A stretch of 64,000 nucleotides of DNA from Candidatus Pelethousia sp. (GTDB lineage: Bacteria > Bacillota > Clostridia > Christensenellales > CAG-138): NCBI GenBank assembly GCA_034933245.1, contig JAYFNX010000011.1, positions 948 to 64,947 on the forward strand, in the 5' to 3' direction. Position numbers and translations under genes: made by a program. The notes below the pieces were generated by a model. The model made no database searches and had not been told where the DNA came from. It saw only the letters and a list, made by a program, of their open reading frames with translations. Every line of letters starts with the position of its first letter. Within the stretch, counting starts at the first letter, position 1. This document shows, in pieces, positions 42,312-51,981 of the stretch.

Positions 42312-43406
42312 ATGAATACCTCTCGGCTAACGGAGCGATTTCTTCGGTATGTGCGTTGCAGCAGCGAATCCAGGAATGAACAAGCCTTTTGTTTGCTGAT
42401 AGAAGATGAATTCGCTCGTTTGGGTATACCCTTCCGGCGCGATGAGGTTGGGGATAAGATCGGCTCCAACGGCTGGAATTTGATCGCAAAAGTTCCCGGG
42501 GAAGGCGACCCGGTGCTGTTCAGCTGCCATTTGGACACCGTAAAACCCGGAGCGGGAATTAATCCCATTTTGGAGAACGGCATCATTCGCTCCGCAGGGG
42601 ATACGATCCTGGGAGCGGACGATAAAAGCGGCATTGCCGCCGTTTTGGAGGCGCTGGAGAGCATTTTGGAAGAAGGCGCACCCCATCGTCCCGTGGAAAT
42701 TCTTTTTTCGGTGTGCGAAGAAATAGGCCTATTGGGGGCCAGGCATGCGGACTACAGCCGCTTCGAAAGCAAAGAAGGATTGGTACTGGATACCAGCGAG
42801 ATCGGTCTGCTTAAAAACCGCGCACCCGCCATTGTGCATCTTCACGTTCGGGTTCATGGCAAAGCGGCCCACGCGGCAGTGGAGCCCGAGAAGGGCGTAC
42901 ATGCCATCAAGGCGGCTGCCGAAGCTATAACCAATATCCCATGCGGCTATCCGGACGATATGACCGTGATGAATGTGGCCAATTTTGTTTCCCAAGGCGC
43001 TACGAACGTGGTGCCTGATTTGGCCGCGTTTGATATGGAAATCCGCTCTTTTACAGAGACGCATTTACAAAAATATATTCGAGAAACAGAAGAGGCCCTT
43101 CAAAGCGCCTGCCGAACCTATGGCGCCTCTTACGAATTGACAATGGAGCGCCAGTGCGATCCTCTTTTTGTGCCGGAAGACGGCCCGCTAATCCAGAAGA
43201 TCCGGGATCTATATGCCCGGATGGGTATTGAAGTAAAGACCAAGAGCACCTTTGGCGGGTGCGATGCCACGTGGATTTGCGCCCATGGCATCCAAGCGGC
43301 AAACACCGGAACGGGCATGCGCAATGCGCATGGCGTGCGCGAATCCATTGCGCTAGCCGATCTGGAGACGATCACCCGGATGGTGTACGGTGTGATACGA
43401 GGCTAA
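42312..43406 (+). CDS. M20/M25/M40 metallopeptidase (PepT/tripeptidase-like)
   Basis: Motifs SCHLDTV, GADDKSG, EEIGLLG. Start at MNTSRL (42312). Confidence 0.8.
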   Translation: MNTSRLTERFLRYVRCSSESRNEQAFCLLIEDEFARLGIPFRRDEVGDKIGSNGWNLIAKVPGEGDPVLFSCHLDTVKPGAGINPILENGIIRSAGDTILGADDKSGIAAVLEALESILEEGAPHRPVEILFSVCEEIGLLGARHADYSRFESKEGLVLDTSEIGLLKNRAPAIVHLHVRVHGKAAHAAVEPEKGVHAIKAAAEAITNIPCGYPDDMTVMNVANFVSQGATNVVPDLAAFDMEIRSFTETHLQKYIRETEEALQSACRTYGASYELTMERQCDPLFVPEDGPLIQKIRDLYARMGIEVKTKSTFGGCDATWICAHGIQAANTGTGMRNAHGVRESIALADLETITRMVYGVIRG

Positions 43407-43484
43407 CCTTTTCAGAACACACATGTTTATTTGCTTTCCCCGCGCTGGCGCGCGAGGATATAAAAAAACAGGAGGAACCAATCA

Positions 43485-44717
43485 ATGACCAAAAAACTGC
43501 TTTGCTTGGCGCTTGCCCTGGTTATGGCGCTGACGCTGTTCGGCTGCCGCACCCAGACTGCGCCCGCTGCTGCCGAGCCTGCCGCTGAGCCCGCTGCTGA
43601 GGCCGCGGAACCCGCCGCCGAAGCTGCCGAACCCGCCGCTGAAGCTGCTGTTGAGCCCTATAAGATCGGCATCATCACCGGCACCGTGTCCCAGGGCGAG
43701 GAAGAATTCCAAGCCGCCCAGAAGATGGCTGCTCAGTATGACAACATCGTGACAGCTACCTACCCCGATAACTTCTCCACCGAGACGGAAACCACCATTG
43801 CTAACGTAGTGGCTCTGGCTTCCGATCCCGAGGTGAAGGCCATCGTGTTTGTGCAGGCTGTTCCCGGTGCCGCCGCCGCCATCGATAAGGTGCGTGAGAC
43901 CCGGCCCGAGATGCTCTTCATCTGCGGCGTGTGCGCGGAAGATCCCGCTGTTATCGGCTCCAAGGCTGACATCTGCTTCCTGGCCGATGAGCTGACCATG
44001 GGCACTTCTATCCCCACGCTGGCTTCCCAGATGGGCGCCAAGACCCTCATTCATTATTCCTTTGCCCGTCACCTCTCCTATGCGACCATCGCGGCCCGTC
44101 GTGAGAAGATGATTGAGGTTTGCAAGACCTTGGGCATCGAGTTTGTTGACGTAACCGCTCCCGATCCCACTGGTGATGCCGGCGTTTCCGGCGCCCAGCA
44201 GTTCATCCTGGAGGATGTGCCGCGGCAGGTTGCCGAATATGGCAAGGATACCGCCTTCTTCTCCACCAACTGCGCGATGCAGGAGCCCCTTATCGTTTCC
44301 ATCCTGGAGCAGGGCGCCATCTATCCGCAACAGTGCTGCCCCAGCCCCTATCACGGCTATCCCGCAGCTTTGAGCATCGATGTGACCGGCCACGAGGGCG
44401 ATGTACAGTACATGCTGGATTCCATCAAGGCCAAGCTGGATGAAAAGGGCATGGCTGGCCGTATGTCCACCTGGACCACCCCCGTCAACATGGCGATGGT
44501 GGAAGGCGGCGTGCTGTATGCCATCGAGTATTGTGAAGGCCGCACCAACGGCAGCTTTGATCCTGAAGTGCTGAACACCGTTTTCAAGCAGGTTGCCGGC
44601 GAAAACTGCAAGCTGACCCCCTATGCGGATGCCAATGGCACCATCGAGAACTTCTTCATGGTCTTCGGCGAATACTACAACTTCGCTACCGAGACTCCTT
44701 ACGAGTTGAATTTTTAA
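43485..44717 (+). CDS. DUF3798-type periplasmic-binding-fold lipoprotein (ABC SBP, unknown ligand)
   Basis: Lipobox LFGC, an (AEPA)n linker, then a type-I PBP-like domain. AGGAGGAA RBS upstream. Confidence 0.75.
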   Translation: MTKKLLCLALALVMALTLFGCRTQTAPAAAEPAAEPAAEAAEPAAEAAEPAAEAAVEPYKIGIITGTVSQGEEEFQAAQKMAAQYDNIVTATYPDNFSTETETTIANVVALASDPEVKAIVFVQAVPGAAAAIDKVRETRPEMLFICGVCAEDPAVIGSKADICFLADELTMGTSIPTLASQMGAKTLIHYSFARHLSYATIAARREKMIEVCKTLGIEFVDVTAPDPTGDAGVSGAQQFILEDVPRQVAEYGKDTAFFSTNCAMQEPLIVSILEQGAIYPQQCCPSPYHGYPAALSIDVTGHEGDVQYMLDSIKAKLDEKGMAGRMSTWTTPVNMAMVEGGVLYAIEYCEGRTNGSFDPEVLNTVFKQVAGENCKLTPYADANGTIENFFMVFGEYYNFATETPYELNF

Positions 44718-44750
44718 TCTAATCACCGACGGCTAAATAGCCAAATCAGA

Positions 44751-44787
44751 GTCGCCGGCTTGCTCGGCAAGCCGGCGACGTTTTTTT
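44751..44787 (+). terminator. Strong hairpin/terminator after the DUF3798 SBP gene
   Basis: gtcgccggcttgc / tcg / gcaagccggcgac followed by gttttttt. Confidence 0.8.
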
Positions 44788-44890
44788 CAGCGCAGCTATC
44801 ATCGAATTGATACAAATCAGCTATCAGGCCTAGGCCAAATTCGGTTGGGCCTGTGGCCTTATAGCCTTGTATATGATAGGAGGAACAGAC

Positions 44891-46492
44891 TTGGAAAATC
44901 CATATGTCCTGAAAATGGACAACATTTCCAAAGAATATTATGGAAACCGGGTCCTTAAAAACGTGAGCATTTGCGTGAAGCCGGGCGAAATCCATGCCCT
45001 TATGGGGGAAAATGGCGCTGGCAAATCCACCCTGATGAACATTCTGTTCGGTATGCCTGTTATCCACAGCACGGGTGGCTTTGAGGGCACGGTGGAGATA
45101 GACGGCAAGCCGGCCGTTATCGATGCGCCCCACAACGCCATGAACTTTGGCATCGGCATGGTTCATCAGGAATTTATGCTTATTCCGGGCTTTACCATAA
45201 CGGAGAACATCAAGGTGGGCAGGGAGATTTGCCATCCTTCCGCCTTGAGCCGCGTTTTCGGCAAAAGCCTTGAAACGCTGGATACAAAACAGATGGCGGC
45301 GGATGCCCGCAAGGCGCTGGACGATATCGGCATGGACATTGGGGAGTACGTAAAAGTGGCGGGACTGCCCATTGGCTATATGCAGTTTGTGGAAATAGCC
45401 CGCGAAATCGACAAGACGGGCATTCGCCTGCTGGTGTTCGACGAGCCCACCGCCGTACTTACGGAGAGCGAAGCGGACAGGCTGCTGGAGATTATGCGGC
45501 AGATTGCCGCCAAGGGCATTGCCATCATATTTATTACGCATCGGCTGGATGAAGTTATGGCCGTGGCGGACAGCCTCACCGTTTTACGGGATGGCGAGTT
45601 TGTGGCGCGCCGGCAGGTGCAGGACACCAACGTGGTGGAGATTGCCGAGTTGATGATCGGCCGGAAGGTGGAGAAGCTGGTGGACGATTGCGAAGATTGC
45701 CGGCAGCTTTCCGACCAAGATGTGGCGCTTTCCCTCCGCGATTTCCATGTGAATATGCAGGGCGAAATGGTAAAGGGAATCGACCTGGATATCCGCCAGG
45801 GCGAAATTTTTGGGATTGGCGGCCTGGCAGGCCAAGGTAAAATCGGCATTCCAAACGGTATTATGGGCCTGTATGAATCCACGGGCACGGTTAGCGCATT
45901 TGGCCAGGAACTGGATCTTTCCAAATTGGGAGAGGCGCTTTCCCACGGCATCGCATTCGTTTCGGAGGATAGACGCGGCGTCGGCCTGTTGCTGGGGGAA
46001 TCCATCGAGCAGAATATCGCCTTTTCCGCCATACAAGTCAAAGATGACTTCATGCATATTCTGGGCCCCATCAAGCTGTTTAACCAGGCCAAAGCAAAGC
46101 AGCACGCGCTGGATATGATCAAGCTTTTGGATATCCGCTGCACGGGCCCCAACCAAACCGCCGGGAGCCTCTCCGGTGGCAATCAGCAAAAAGTTTGCCT
46201 GGCCCGGGCGCTCACCATCAAGCCTAAGATCCTCATTGTGTCCGAGCCTACCCGCGGCATCGACATCGGCGCAAAAAAGCTGGTGCTCGAGTATCTGGTT
46301 AAGATTAACCGGGAGATGGGCATTACCATCATCATGGTCAGTTCGGAGTTGGTGGAGTTGCGCTCCCTGTGCGACCGGATTGCCATCGTGTCCAGCGGCA
46401 AATTAGTACGCATCATGCGGCCTGAGGATTCAGACGCCGAATTCGGCTTGGCCATGGCCGGCTCCAGAAAGGCAGGTGCCCAGCATGCGTGA
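44891..46492 (+). CDS. ABC transporter ATP-binding protein with two ABC domains
   Basis: TTG at 44891 with AGGAGGA 6 nt upstream. Walker A GENGAGKST, signature LSGGNQQK. Confidence 0.88.
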   Translation: MENPYVLKMDNISKEYYGNRVLKNVSICVKPGEIHALMGENGAGKSTLMNILFGMPVIHSTGGFEGTVEIDGKPAVIDAPHNAMNFGIGMVHQEFMLIPGFTITENIKVGREICHPSALSRVFGKSLETLDTKQMAADARKALDDIGMDIGEYVKVAGLPIGYMQFVEIAREIDKTGIRLLVFDEPTAVLTESEADRLLEIMRQIAAKGIAIIFITHRLDEVMAVADSLTVLRDGEFVARRQVQDTNVVEIAELMIGRKVEKLVDDCEDCRQLSDQDVALSLRDFHVNMQGEMVKGIDLDIRQGEIFGIGGLAGQGKIGIPNGIMGLYESTGTVSAFGQELDLSKLGEALSHGIAFVSEDRRGVGLLLGESIEQNIAFSAIQVKDDFMHILGPIKLFNQAKAKQHALDMIKLLDIRCTGPNQTAGSLSGGNQQKVCLARALTIKPKILIVSEPTRGIDIGAKKLVLEYLVKINREMGITIIMVSSELVELRSLCDRIAIVSSGKLVRIMRPEDSDAEFGLAMAGSRKAGAQHA

Positions 46493-47600
46493 GAAATTGA
46501 AAAACATCTATGGAACCATCGGGCTGCCCCGGGTTATCATCATCTGCTTCTTCCTGCTCCTGCTTCTTTCGGCAGGCCCGCTAAACCTTTCTATTCCAAG
46601 CCTTTTGGGCGATGCTGTCCGGCGATGGGCCATGTATGGCATCTTGGTACTGGCCATGGTGCCTGCCGTGCAGAGCGGCATCGGTCTTAACTTCGGCATT
46701 AGCCTGGGCATTGTAGGCGGATTGTTGGGCGCCACCATGGCGATTGAGTTCAACATTGCGAACCCATGGCTATCATTGGCCACAGCCGTTTTGATCGGCA
46801 CGGGCCTTGCTACCGTTTTCGGCCTGGGATACGGCATGTTGCTCAACAAGGTGAAAGGGTCTGAGATGACGGTTTCTACCTATGTGGGTTTCTCCGTTAT
46901 CGCCTTCATGAATATCATGTGGCTATCCCTGCCTTTCAAAAACGGCGAGTTGATCTGGCCCCTGGGCGGCGAGGGCATGCGTAATACCATTAACCTAAAA
47001 ACCACCTTCGGCGAAGTGCTGAGCAATACGGCCCTCTCCATTAATATTAGCGGCCGAGGCATCGCTTTTGGCAAAGCGGCCGAAGAGCTTAACGCTGTGT
47101 CCGTTGGCTTCTATTTTCCCACCGGAGCGGTGTTGTTCTTCCTGTTCTTCTGCCTGCTTATGTGGCTGTTTATGCGCAGCAAGGTGGGCATGGCGCTGAG
47201 CGCGGCCGGCGCAAACCCCAAGTTTGCCCAGGCAACCGGCATAAACGTAAACAAGATGCGCATTGTGGGTACGGCGATTTCTACAGCGCTGGGCGCAGTG
47301 GGTATCATCCTCTATGCACAGAGTTACGGGTTCCTGCAGCTTTATAATGCGCCCCTCATGATGGGCTTCCATTGTGTGGCGGCGATACTGATCGGTGGTG
47401 CTTCGGTGAGCCGGGCGCGAATATCCCACGTGCTCATTGGAACGTTCCTTTTCCAAGGGATTCTAGCTGTGGCCCTGCCGGTGGCGAACAAGTTACTGCC
47501 CGAGAGCAACCTTTCGGACGTAATCCGCATTATCATCTCCAACGGCATCATACTCTATGCCCTTTCCAAGACCAAGCAAGGAGGCAAAGGCGATGACTGA
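46485..47600 (+). CDS. ABC transporter permease
   Basis: Polytopic membrane protein. Its ATG overlaps the ATPase stop (ATGCGTGA). Confidence 0.85.
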   Translation: MREKLKNIYGTIGLPRVIIICFFLLLLLSAGPLNLSIPSLLGDAVRRWAMYGILVLAMVPAVQSGIGLNFGISLGIVGGLLGATMAIEFNIANPWLSLATAVLIGTGLATVFGLGYGMLLNKVKGSEMTVSTYVGFSVIAFMNIMWLSLPFKNGELIWPLGGEGMRNTINLKTTFGEVLSNTALSINISGRGIAFGKAAEELNAVSVGFYFPTGAVLFFLFFCLLMWLFMRSKVGMALSAAGANPKFAQATGINVNKMRIVGTAISTALGAVGIILYAQSYGFLQLYNAPLMMGFHCVAAILIGGASVSRARISHVLIGTFLFQGILAVALPVANKLLPESNLSDVIRIIISNGIILYALSKTKQGGKGDD

Positions 47601-49080
47601 TCTGAAAAAAACGTATAGGGATTGGATCGGTGAGAACAAGGTCGTCGTATTGTTCGTGCTGCTGTGTGTGGGCGCGATCTATGCTTCCCGTAATCCTCTC
47701 ACCTTCGTGGCTGCAGAGCTATTTACCCGCATTGGCCGAAACGGCTTCACCGTACTTGCGCTGCTCATTCCGGTTCTGGCTGGCATGGGACTGAACTTCG
47801 GCATTGTAATCGGCGCCATCGCGGCGCAGATTGCCGTGTTCTGGGTGGTCTATTGGGGCTTCACGGGCATTGAGGGTTTTCTGCTCTGCGTGCTCATAGG
47901 CACGCCGCTGGCCCTGCTTTTCGGCCTGCTGGTTGGCAAGCTCTTTAACCGGATGAAGGGAGCGGAAATGATCGCCGGCATGGTGCTGGGATATTTTGCA
48001 GACGGTCTTTACCAGCTCTTCTTCCTGTATGTCATTGGTGGCGTAATCCCCATGGGAGACTCTCAGCTCATCATTACGGGCGGCGTGGGCGTGAAAAATA
48101 CGGTGGACCTGGCGCCCAACATCAAGTATGCCCTTGATACCGTATCCATGCTCACCGCACTGGAGATAGCTTTCTATGTGGTCGTTGCAATCACGCTCAT
48201 CAAGCTTGTCTACCGTTTGCTGAAAAAGGATAATGCTTTGGGCGGCAGCATGAAGAAGGAGCTGATCACCCTCGCGGTCGCGGTGGTGGTATATGGGCTC
48301 ACCTATATTCCGGCTGTGGAAGCCTTCCTCTCAACAGACAGGCTGGGCCTTCTGGATGCGGTAACGGGCGTTGCCCTGCTTTCCACCGCGTGGAACCTCT
48401 ATAAACTTGTACGCATAAAGGTTGGCAAGAAGGAGGTTGGCGGCTGGCAAATGCCCTTGATTCGGCTGGGCCTTACGGTGGTGCTTTATGCATTGACCTA
48501 TATTCCGGCCATTGAAACCATTTTGCTGGCTGTAAACATTCCGGTAACGACTTATCTGTGCATCGTAGGCCTGTGCGTGTTCAACAATATTCTGCTCAAA
48601 ACACGGCTGGGGCAGAACATGCGCACCGTAGGCCAGAGCCGCACGGTGGCAAACGCGGCAGGCATCAATGTGGATGGGACCCGCGTGATCGCCATGGTGC
48701 TCTCTACGATGCTCGCCTGCTGGGGCCAGCTGATTTACTTGCAAAACATCGGTACTTTCTCTACCTATGGCGCGCATACGCAGGTTGGCCAGTTTGCCAT
48801 TGCGGCGCTTCTGGTAGGCGGCGCAAGCGTACAAAAGGCCACAAACAAACAGGCGATTCTGGGCGTAATCCTTTTCCACACCCTGTTTATCGTGGCACCC
48901 CAAGCGGGCAAGCAGCTCTTCAATAACGCGCAGCTTGGCGAGTATTTCCGCGTGTTTGTTGCTTACGGCGTAATCGCCATGGCGCTTGCGATGCATGCCT
49001 GGAAAAAAGTGATAAAGCCCAAAGCGGATACTGCCGCGCCTGCCGCGGCTGTACGGCCGCCGAATCCCCTTCTCAAATAA
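47593..49080 (+). CDS. ABC transporter permease with an internally repeated TM-hairpin insertion
   Basis: ATG at 47593 with AAGGAGG upstream, overlapping the previous stop. At 495 aa it is about 130 aa longer than its partner. Confidence 0.85.
   Translation: MTDLKKTYRDWIGENKVVVLFVLLCVGAIYASRNPLTFVAAELFTRIGRNGFTVLALLIPVLAGMGLNFGIVIGAIAAQIAVFWVVYWGFTGIEGFLLCVLIGTPLALLFGLLVGKLFNRMKGAEMIAGMVLGYFADGLYQLFFLYVIGGVIPMGDSQLIITGGVGVKNTVDLAPNIKYALDTVSMLTALEIAFYVVVAITLIKLVYRLLKKDNALGGSMKKELITLAVAVVVYGLTYIPAVEAFLSTDRLGLLDAVTGVALLSTAWNLYKLVRIKVGKKEVGGWQMPLIRLGLTVVLYALTYIPAIETILLAVNIPVTTYLCIVGLCVFNNILLKTRLGQNMRTVGQSRTVANAAGINVDGTRVIAMVLSTMLACWGQLIYLQNIGTFSTYGAHTQVGQFAIAALLVGGASVQKATNKQAILGVILFHTLFIVAPQAGKQLFNNAQLGEYFRVFVAYGVIAMALAMHAWKKVIKPKADTAAPAAAVRPPNPLLK
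48262..48525 (+). repeat. Tandem 65-codon intragenic repeat within the permease
   Basis: LITLAVAVVVYGLTYIPAVEAFL versus LIRLGLTVVLYALTYIPAIETIL (14 of 23 identical), offset by 195 nt. The shared DNA word is acctatattccggc. Confidence 0.7.
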
Positions 49081-49140
49081 TAACGGGGAAGATTTCCCGG
49101 GAAACAAAAGGGAAGCCTTTCTGCATCCCTAAACCTAGCA

Positions 49141-49166
49141 AAAAAGTGGCATCCGCCACTTTTTTG
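49141..49166. terminator. Bidirectional terminator after the ABC operon
   Basis: aaaaaagtggc / atcc / gccactttttt. Confidence 0.7.
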
Positions 49167-49211
49167 CATACGGCAATTTGCCGGGCAACGATTAAAAGAC
49201 AACCGGCCTCG

Positions 49212-49236
49212 TAAAAAGGGGCGCTTAAAGCGCCCC
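49212..49236 (-). terminator. Hairpin with a U-tract on the minus strand
   Basis: On the minus strand, GGGGCGCTTTAAGCGCCCC followed by TTTTTAC. Confidence 0.55.
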
Positions 49237-49646
49237 GAACATAACCGAAGCAGGTAGATACTATGCGCGAAGATACAGAATGATGCTGGCGAAGCTTACA
49301 AGCAACTGCAGGGCAAAAATCCCATAACACAGGTTTCGCCGCAGAGAATCTTCCCTGCGTTTGTAAATCTCCGCGCCGATGAGAGGCACGATGGGTATGG
49401 CGCCTGCGTAAAGCATGAAGGCGATATCCAAGGTTGGCACATCCTTTCTGCTATCCATGGCCGCGGGCTGCGGCTTAGTTACAACCATAGGGTACCATGA
49501 TTTATGCATACCAAGCGATAGGAGTCTCTTGGAAGGTTGGGAAAGCTTTAGGAAAAAGGCTGCAATGCCAAGCAAAGATAGTTGTGTTTTGGAGCGAATA
49601 TGATACACTATAAAATGAGTAAGAAGGCGAAAGGAGCAAAACAGAA

Positions 49647-49931
49647 ATGATTAAGCACATCGTATGCCATAAATATGCGGATAGGGCCCAGGCGGCCGTT
49701 ATTGCCCCCATGTTACGGGGGCTGGTGGGGCAGGTACCCGGCCTTGTGAGCATGGAAGCGGGTGCGGATTTTCTGGGAAGCGCCCGCAGCTATGACTTGG
49801 CTTTGATCGCAACGCTGGAAAGCCGGGCGGCGCTGGAAGTCTATGCAAACCACCCCGCCCATGTTAAGGTGAAAGAATATATCCATCAGCACCTACAAAA
49901 CGGTATTTCGGTGGATTTTGAGGTAGAATAA
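49647..49931 (+). CDS. Dabb-family (stress-responsive alpha/beta barrel) protein
   Basis: 94 aa, MIKHIV...HPAHVKV pattern. AAAGGAG RBS upstream. Confidence 0.7.
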   Translation: MIKHIVCHKYADRAQAAVIAPMLRGLVGQVPGLVSMEAGADFLGSARSYDLALIATLESRAALEVYANHPAHVKVKEYIHQHLQNGISVDFEVE

Positions 49932-49937
49932 GCCCGC

Positions 49938-51950
49938 ATGAACGAATTTAAGGTCGTTTCCCCCTTTGAGCCTCAGGGGGATCAGCCCCAGGCCATCGAA
50001 GCCCTTTCCAAAGGCGTGGAGAGGGGGGATAAGCTGCAGGTGCTCTTAGGCGTTACCGGCAGCGGCAAAACGTTTACCATGGCCAAAGTCATTGAACGGG
50101 TGCAGCGGCCCACGCTGGTTATCGCCCACAACAAGACCCTGGCCGCCCAGCTTTGCGGTGAACTTAAGGAATTCTTTCCGGACAGCGCCGTGGAGTATTT
50201 TGTCAGTTATTACGACTATTACCAGCCGGAGGCATATATCGCCGCCTCCGATACATACATCGAAAAGGTCGCCACCGTTAACGATGAGATAGACAAGCTC
50301 CGCCACAGCGCCACCTGTGCCCTCAACGAACGGCGGGATGTGATCATCGTAGCTTCTGTGAGCTGCATTTATGCTCTGGGCGATCCAGAGGAGTATCTGA
50401 AGCTTTCCATCTCCTTGCGCCCCGGTACGGCTATTGACCGGGACGAGGTGATGCGCCGCTTGGTAGAAATTCAATACCAGCGCAATGAATACGATTTTGC
50501 CCGAGGGACCTTCCGGGCAAAAGGGGATGTGCTGGATATTTTTCCGGCCAATTGGTCGGACAAGGCGCTGCGGGTGGAATTTTTTGGGGACGAGGTAGAG
50601 CGCATCAGCGAGGTGAACGTTCTCACGGGAGAAATCTTGCTAGATCGGGCCCATGTGGCGATATTCCCGGCCAGCCATTATGCTACGGGCAGGGAAAAAT
50701 TAACGGCGGCGCTGGAAGAGATCGAGGGGGATATGCGTCGGCGGGTAGAGGAATTTAAAGCCCAGGATAAGCTGATTGAGGCCCAGCGGTTGGAGCAGCG
50801 CACCCTGTATGATATGGAAATGATGCGGGAAATCGGCTATTGCCAGGGAATTGAAAACTACTCCCGCTATTTCGACGGCCGCAAGCCGGGGCAGCCTCCC
50901 TTTACCCTGCTGGATTACTTCCCTAAGGATTTTCTACTGATGATCGACGAGAGCCATGTAACCATTCCCCAGATACGGGCCATGTACCACGGAGATCTGT
51001 CCCGAAAAACCGAGCTGGTGGAATATGGGTTCCGAATTCCCAGCGCGTTCGATAACAGGCCTTTGAAGTTTGAGGAATTTACCCAGCGGATCAACCAGCT
51101 CATTTGCGTATCTGCAACGCCTGCGGATTACGAGCTGGGCCTTGCTTCACAAGTGGCCGAGCAAATTATTCGACCCACGGGCCTGGTAGACCCGCCCGTA
51201 GAGGTGCGGCCTGTGGAGGGACAGGTGGACGACCTGCTCTCTGAAATTCACAAACAAACGGCCCGGGGGTTCCGTACGTTGGTGACCACCCTTACCAAGC
51301 GTATGGCCGAAAGCCTCACGGAATATTTGGACGGTATGGGCATACGCGTCCGCTATATGCACAGCGACATTGAGACCATCGAACGGATGGAGATCATCCG
51401 GGATCTGCGCTTAGGCGAGTTTGATGTGTTGGTGGGAATCAACCTGCTCCGGGAAGGGCTGGACCTGCCGGAGGTAGGCCTTGTCGCCATCTTGGATGCG
51501 GACAAAGAGGGCTTCCTGCGCTCCGCAACCTCGTTGATTCAGACCATCGGCAGGGCGGCCCGCAATGCCGAGGGCCGGGTTATCATGTATGCGGATGCGA
51601 TGACGCCAAGCATGCGCACGGCTCTTGACGAGACGGAACGCCGCCGGGAAAAGCAAACGGCCTTTAATACCGCCCATGGCATTATTCCGCAGAGCATTGT
51701 GAAGGCCGTACACGGCATTTTGGAAATCAGCAGCCGGCCCAAGGCGGAAAACCTGCCCGAAGCCGACAAAGCTGCCAAGGTGGAGCTTTTGCAGCAGCAG
51801 ATGCGCCAGGCGGCGGCGGAACTGGATTTTGAGACTGCGGCTAAGCTGCGGGATCAGCTTTTTGCCCTAACTGAGCAGGCACAGCATAAGAAAATTGCGC
51901 CCGGCATGCCCGGCAGCAAAAAACCGGCCAGAGGGCGCACCCGTAAATGA
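49938..51950 (+). CDS. uvrB: Excinuclease ABC subunit B
   Basis: N-terminal [11 protein letters not shown], Walker A GVTGSGKT, helicase motifs, and a C-terminal UVR domain. Confidence 0.97.
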   Translation: MNEFKVVSPFEPQGDQPQAIEALSKGVERGDKLQVLLGVTGSGKTFTMAKVIERVQRPTLVIAHNKTLAAQLCGELKEFFPDSAVEYFVSYYDYYQPEAYIAASDTYIEKVATVNDEIDKLRHSATCALNERRDVIIVASVSCIYALGDPEEYLKLSISLRPGTAIDRDEVMRRLVEIQYQRNEYDFARGTFRAKGDVLDIFPANWSDKALRVEFFGDEVERISEVNVLTGEILLDRAHVAIFPASHYATGREKLTAALEEIEGDMRRRVEEFKAQDKLIEAQRLEQRTLYDMEMMREIGYCQGIENYSRYFDGRKPGQPPFTLLDYFPKDFLLMIDESHVTIPQIRAMYHGDLSRKTELVEYGFRIPSAFDNRPLKFEEFTQRINQLICVSATPADYELGLASQVAEQIIRPTGLVDPPVEVRPVEGQVDDLLSEIHKQTARGFRTLVTTLTKRMAESLTEYLDGMGIRVRYMHSDIETIERMEIIRDLRLGEFDVLVGINLLREGLDLPEVGLVAILDADKEGFLRSATSLIQTIGRAARNAEGRVIMYADAMTPSMRTALDETERRREKQTAFNTAHGIIPQSIVKAVHGILEISSRPKAENLPEADKAAKVELLQQQMRQAAAELDFETAAKLRDQLFALTEQAQHKKIAPGMPGSKKPARGRTRK

Positions 51951-51981
51951 CAGGGAACATAAATAAGGCAATAGGAGCTAT

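Noticed and set aside
49261-49608. 115-aa minus-strand ORF, or a 65-aa version starting at 49458, with two hydrophobic segments.
   Set aside because: No SD precedes any candidate start and there is no recognisable family. A downstream terminator-like hairpin exists, but that is insufficient, so I leave it unannotated.
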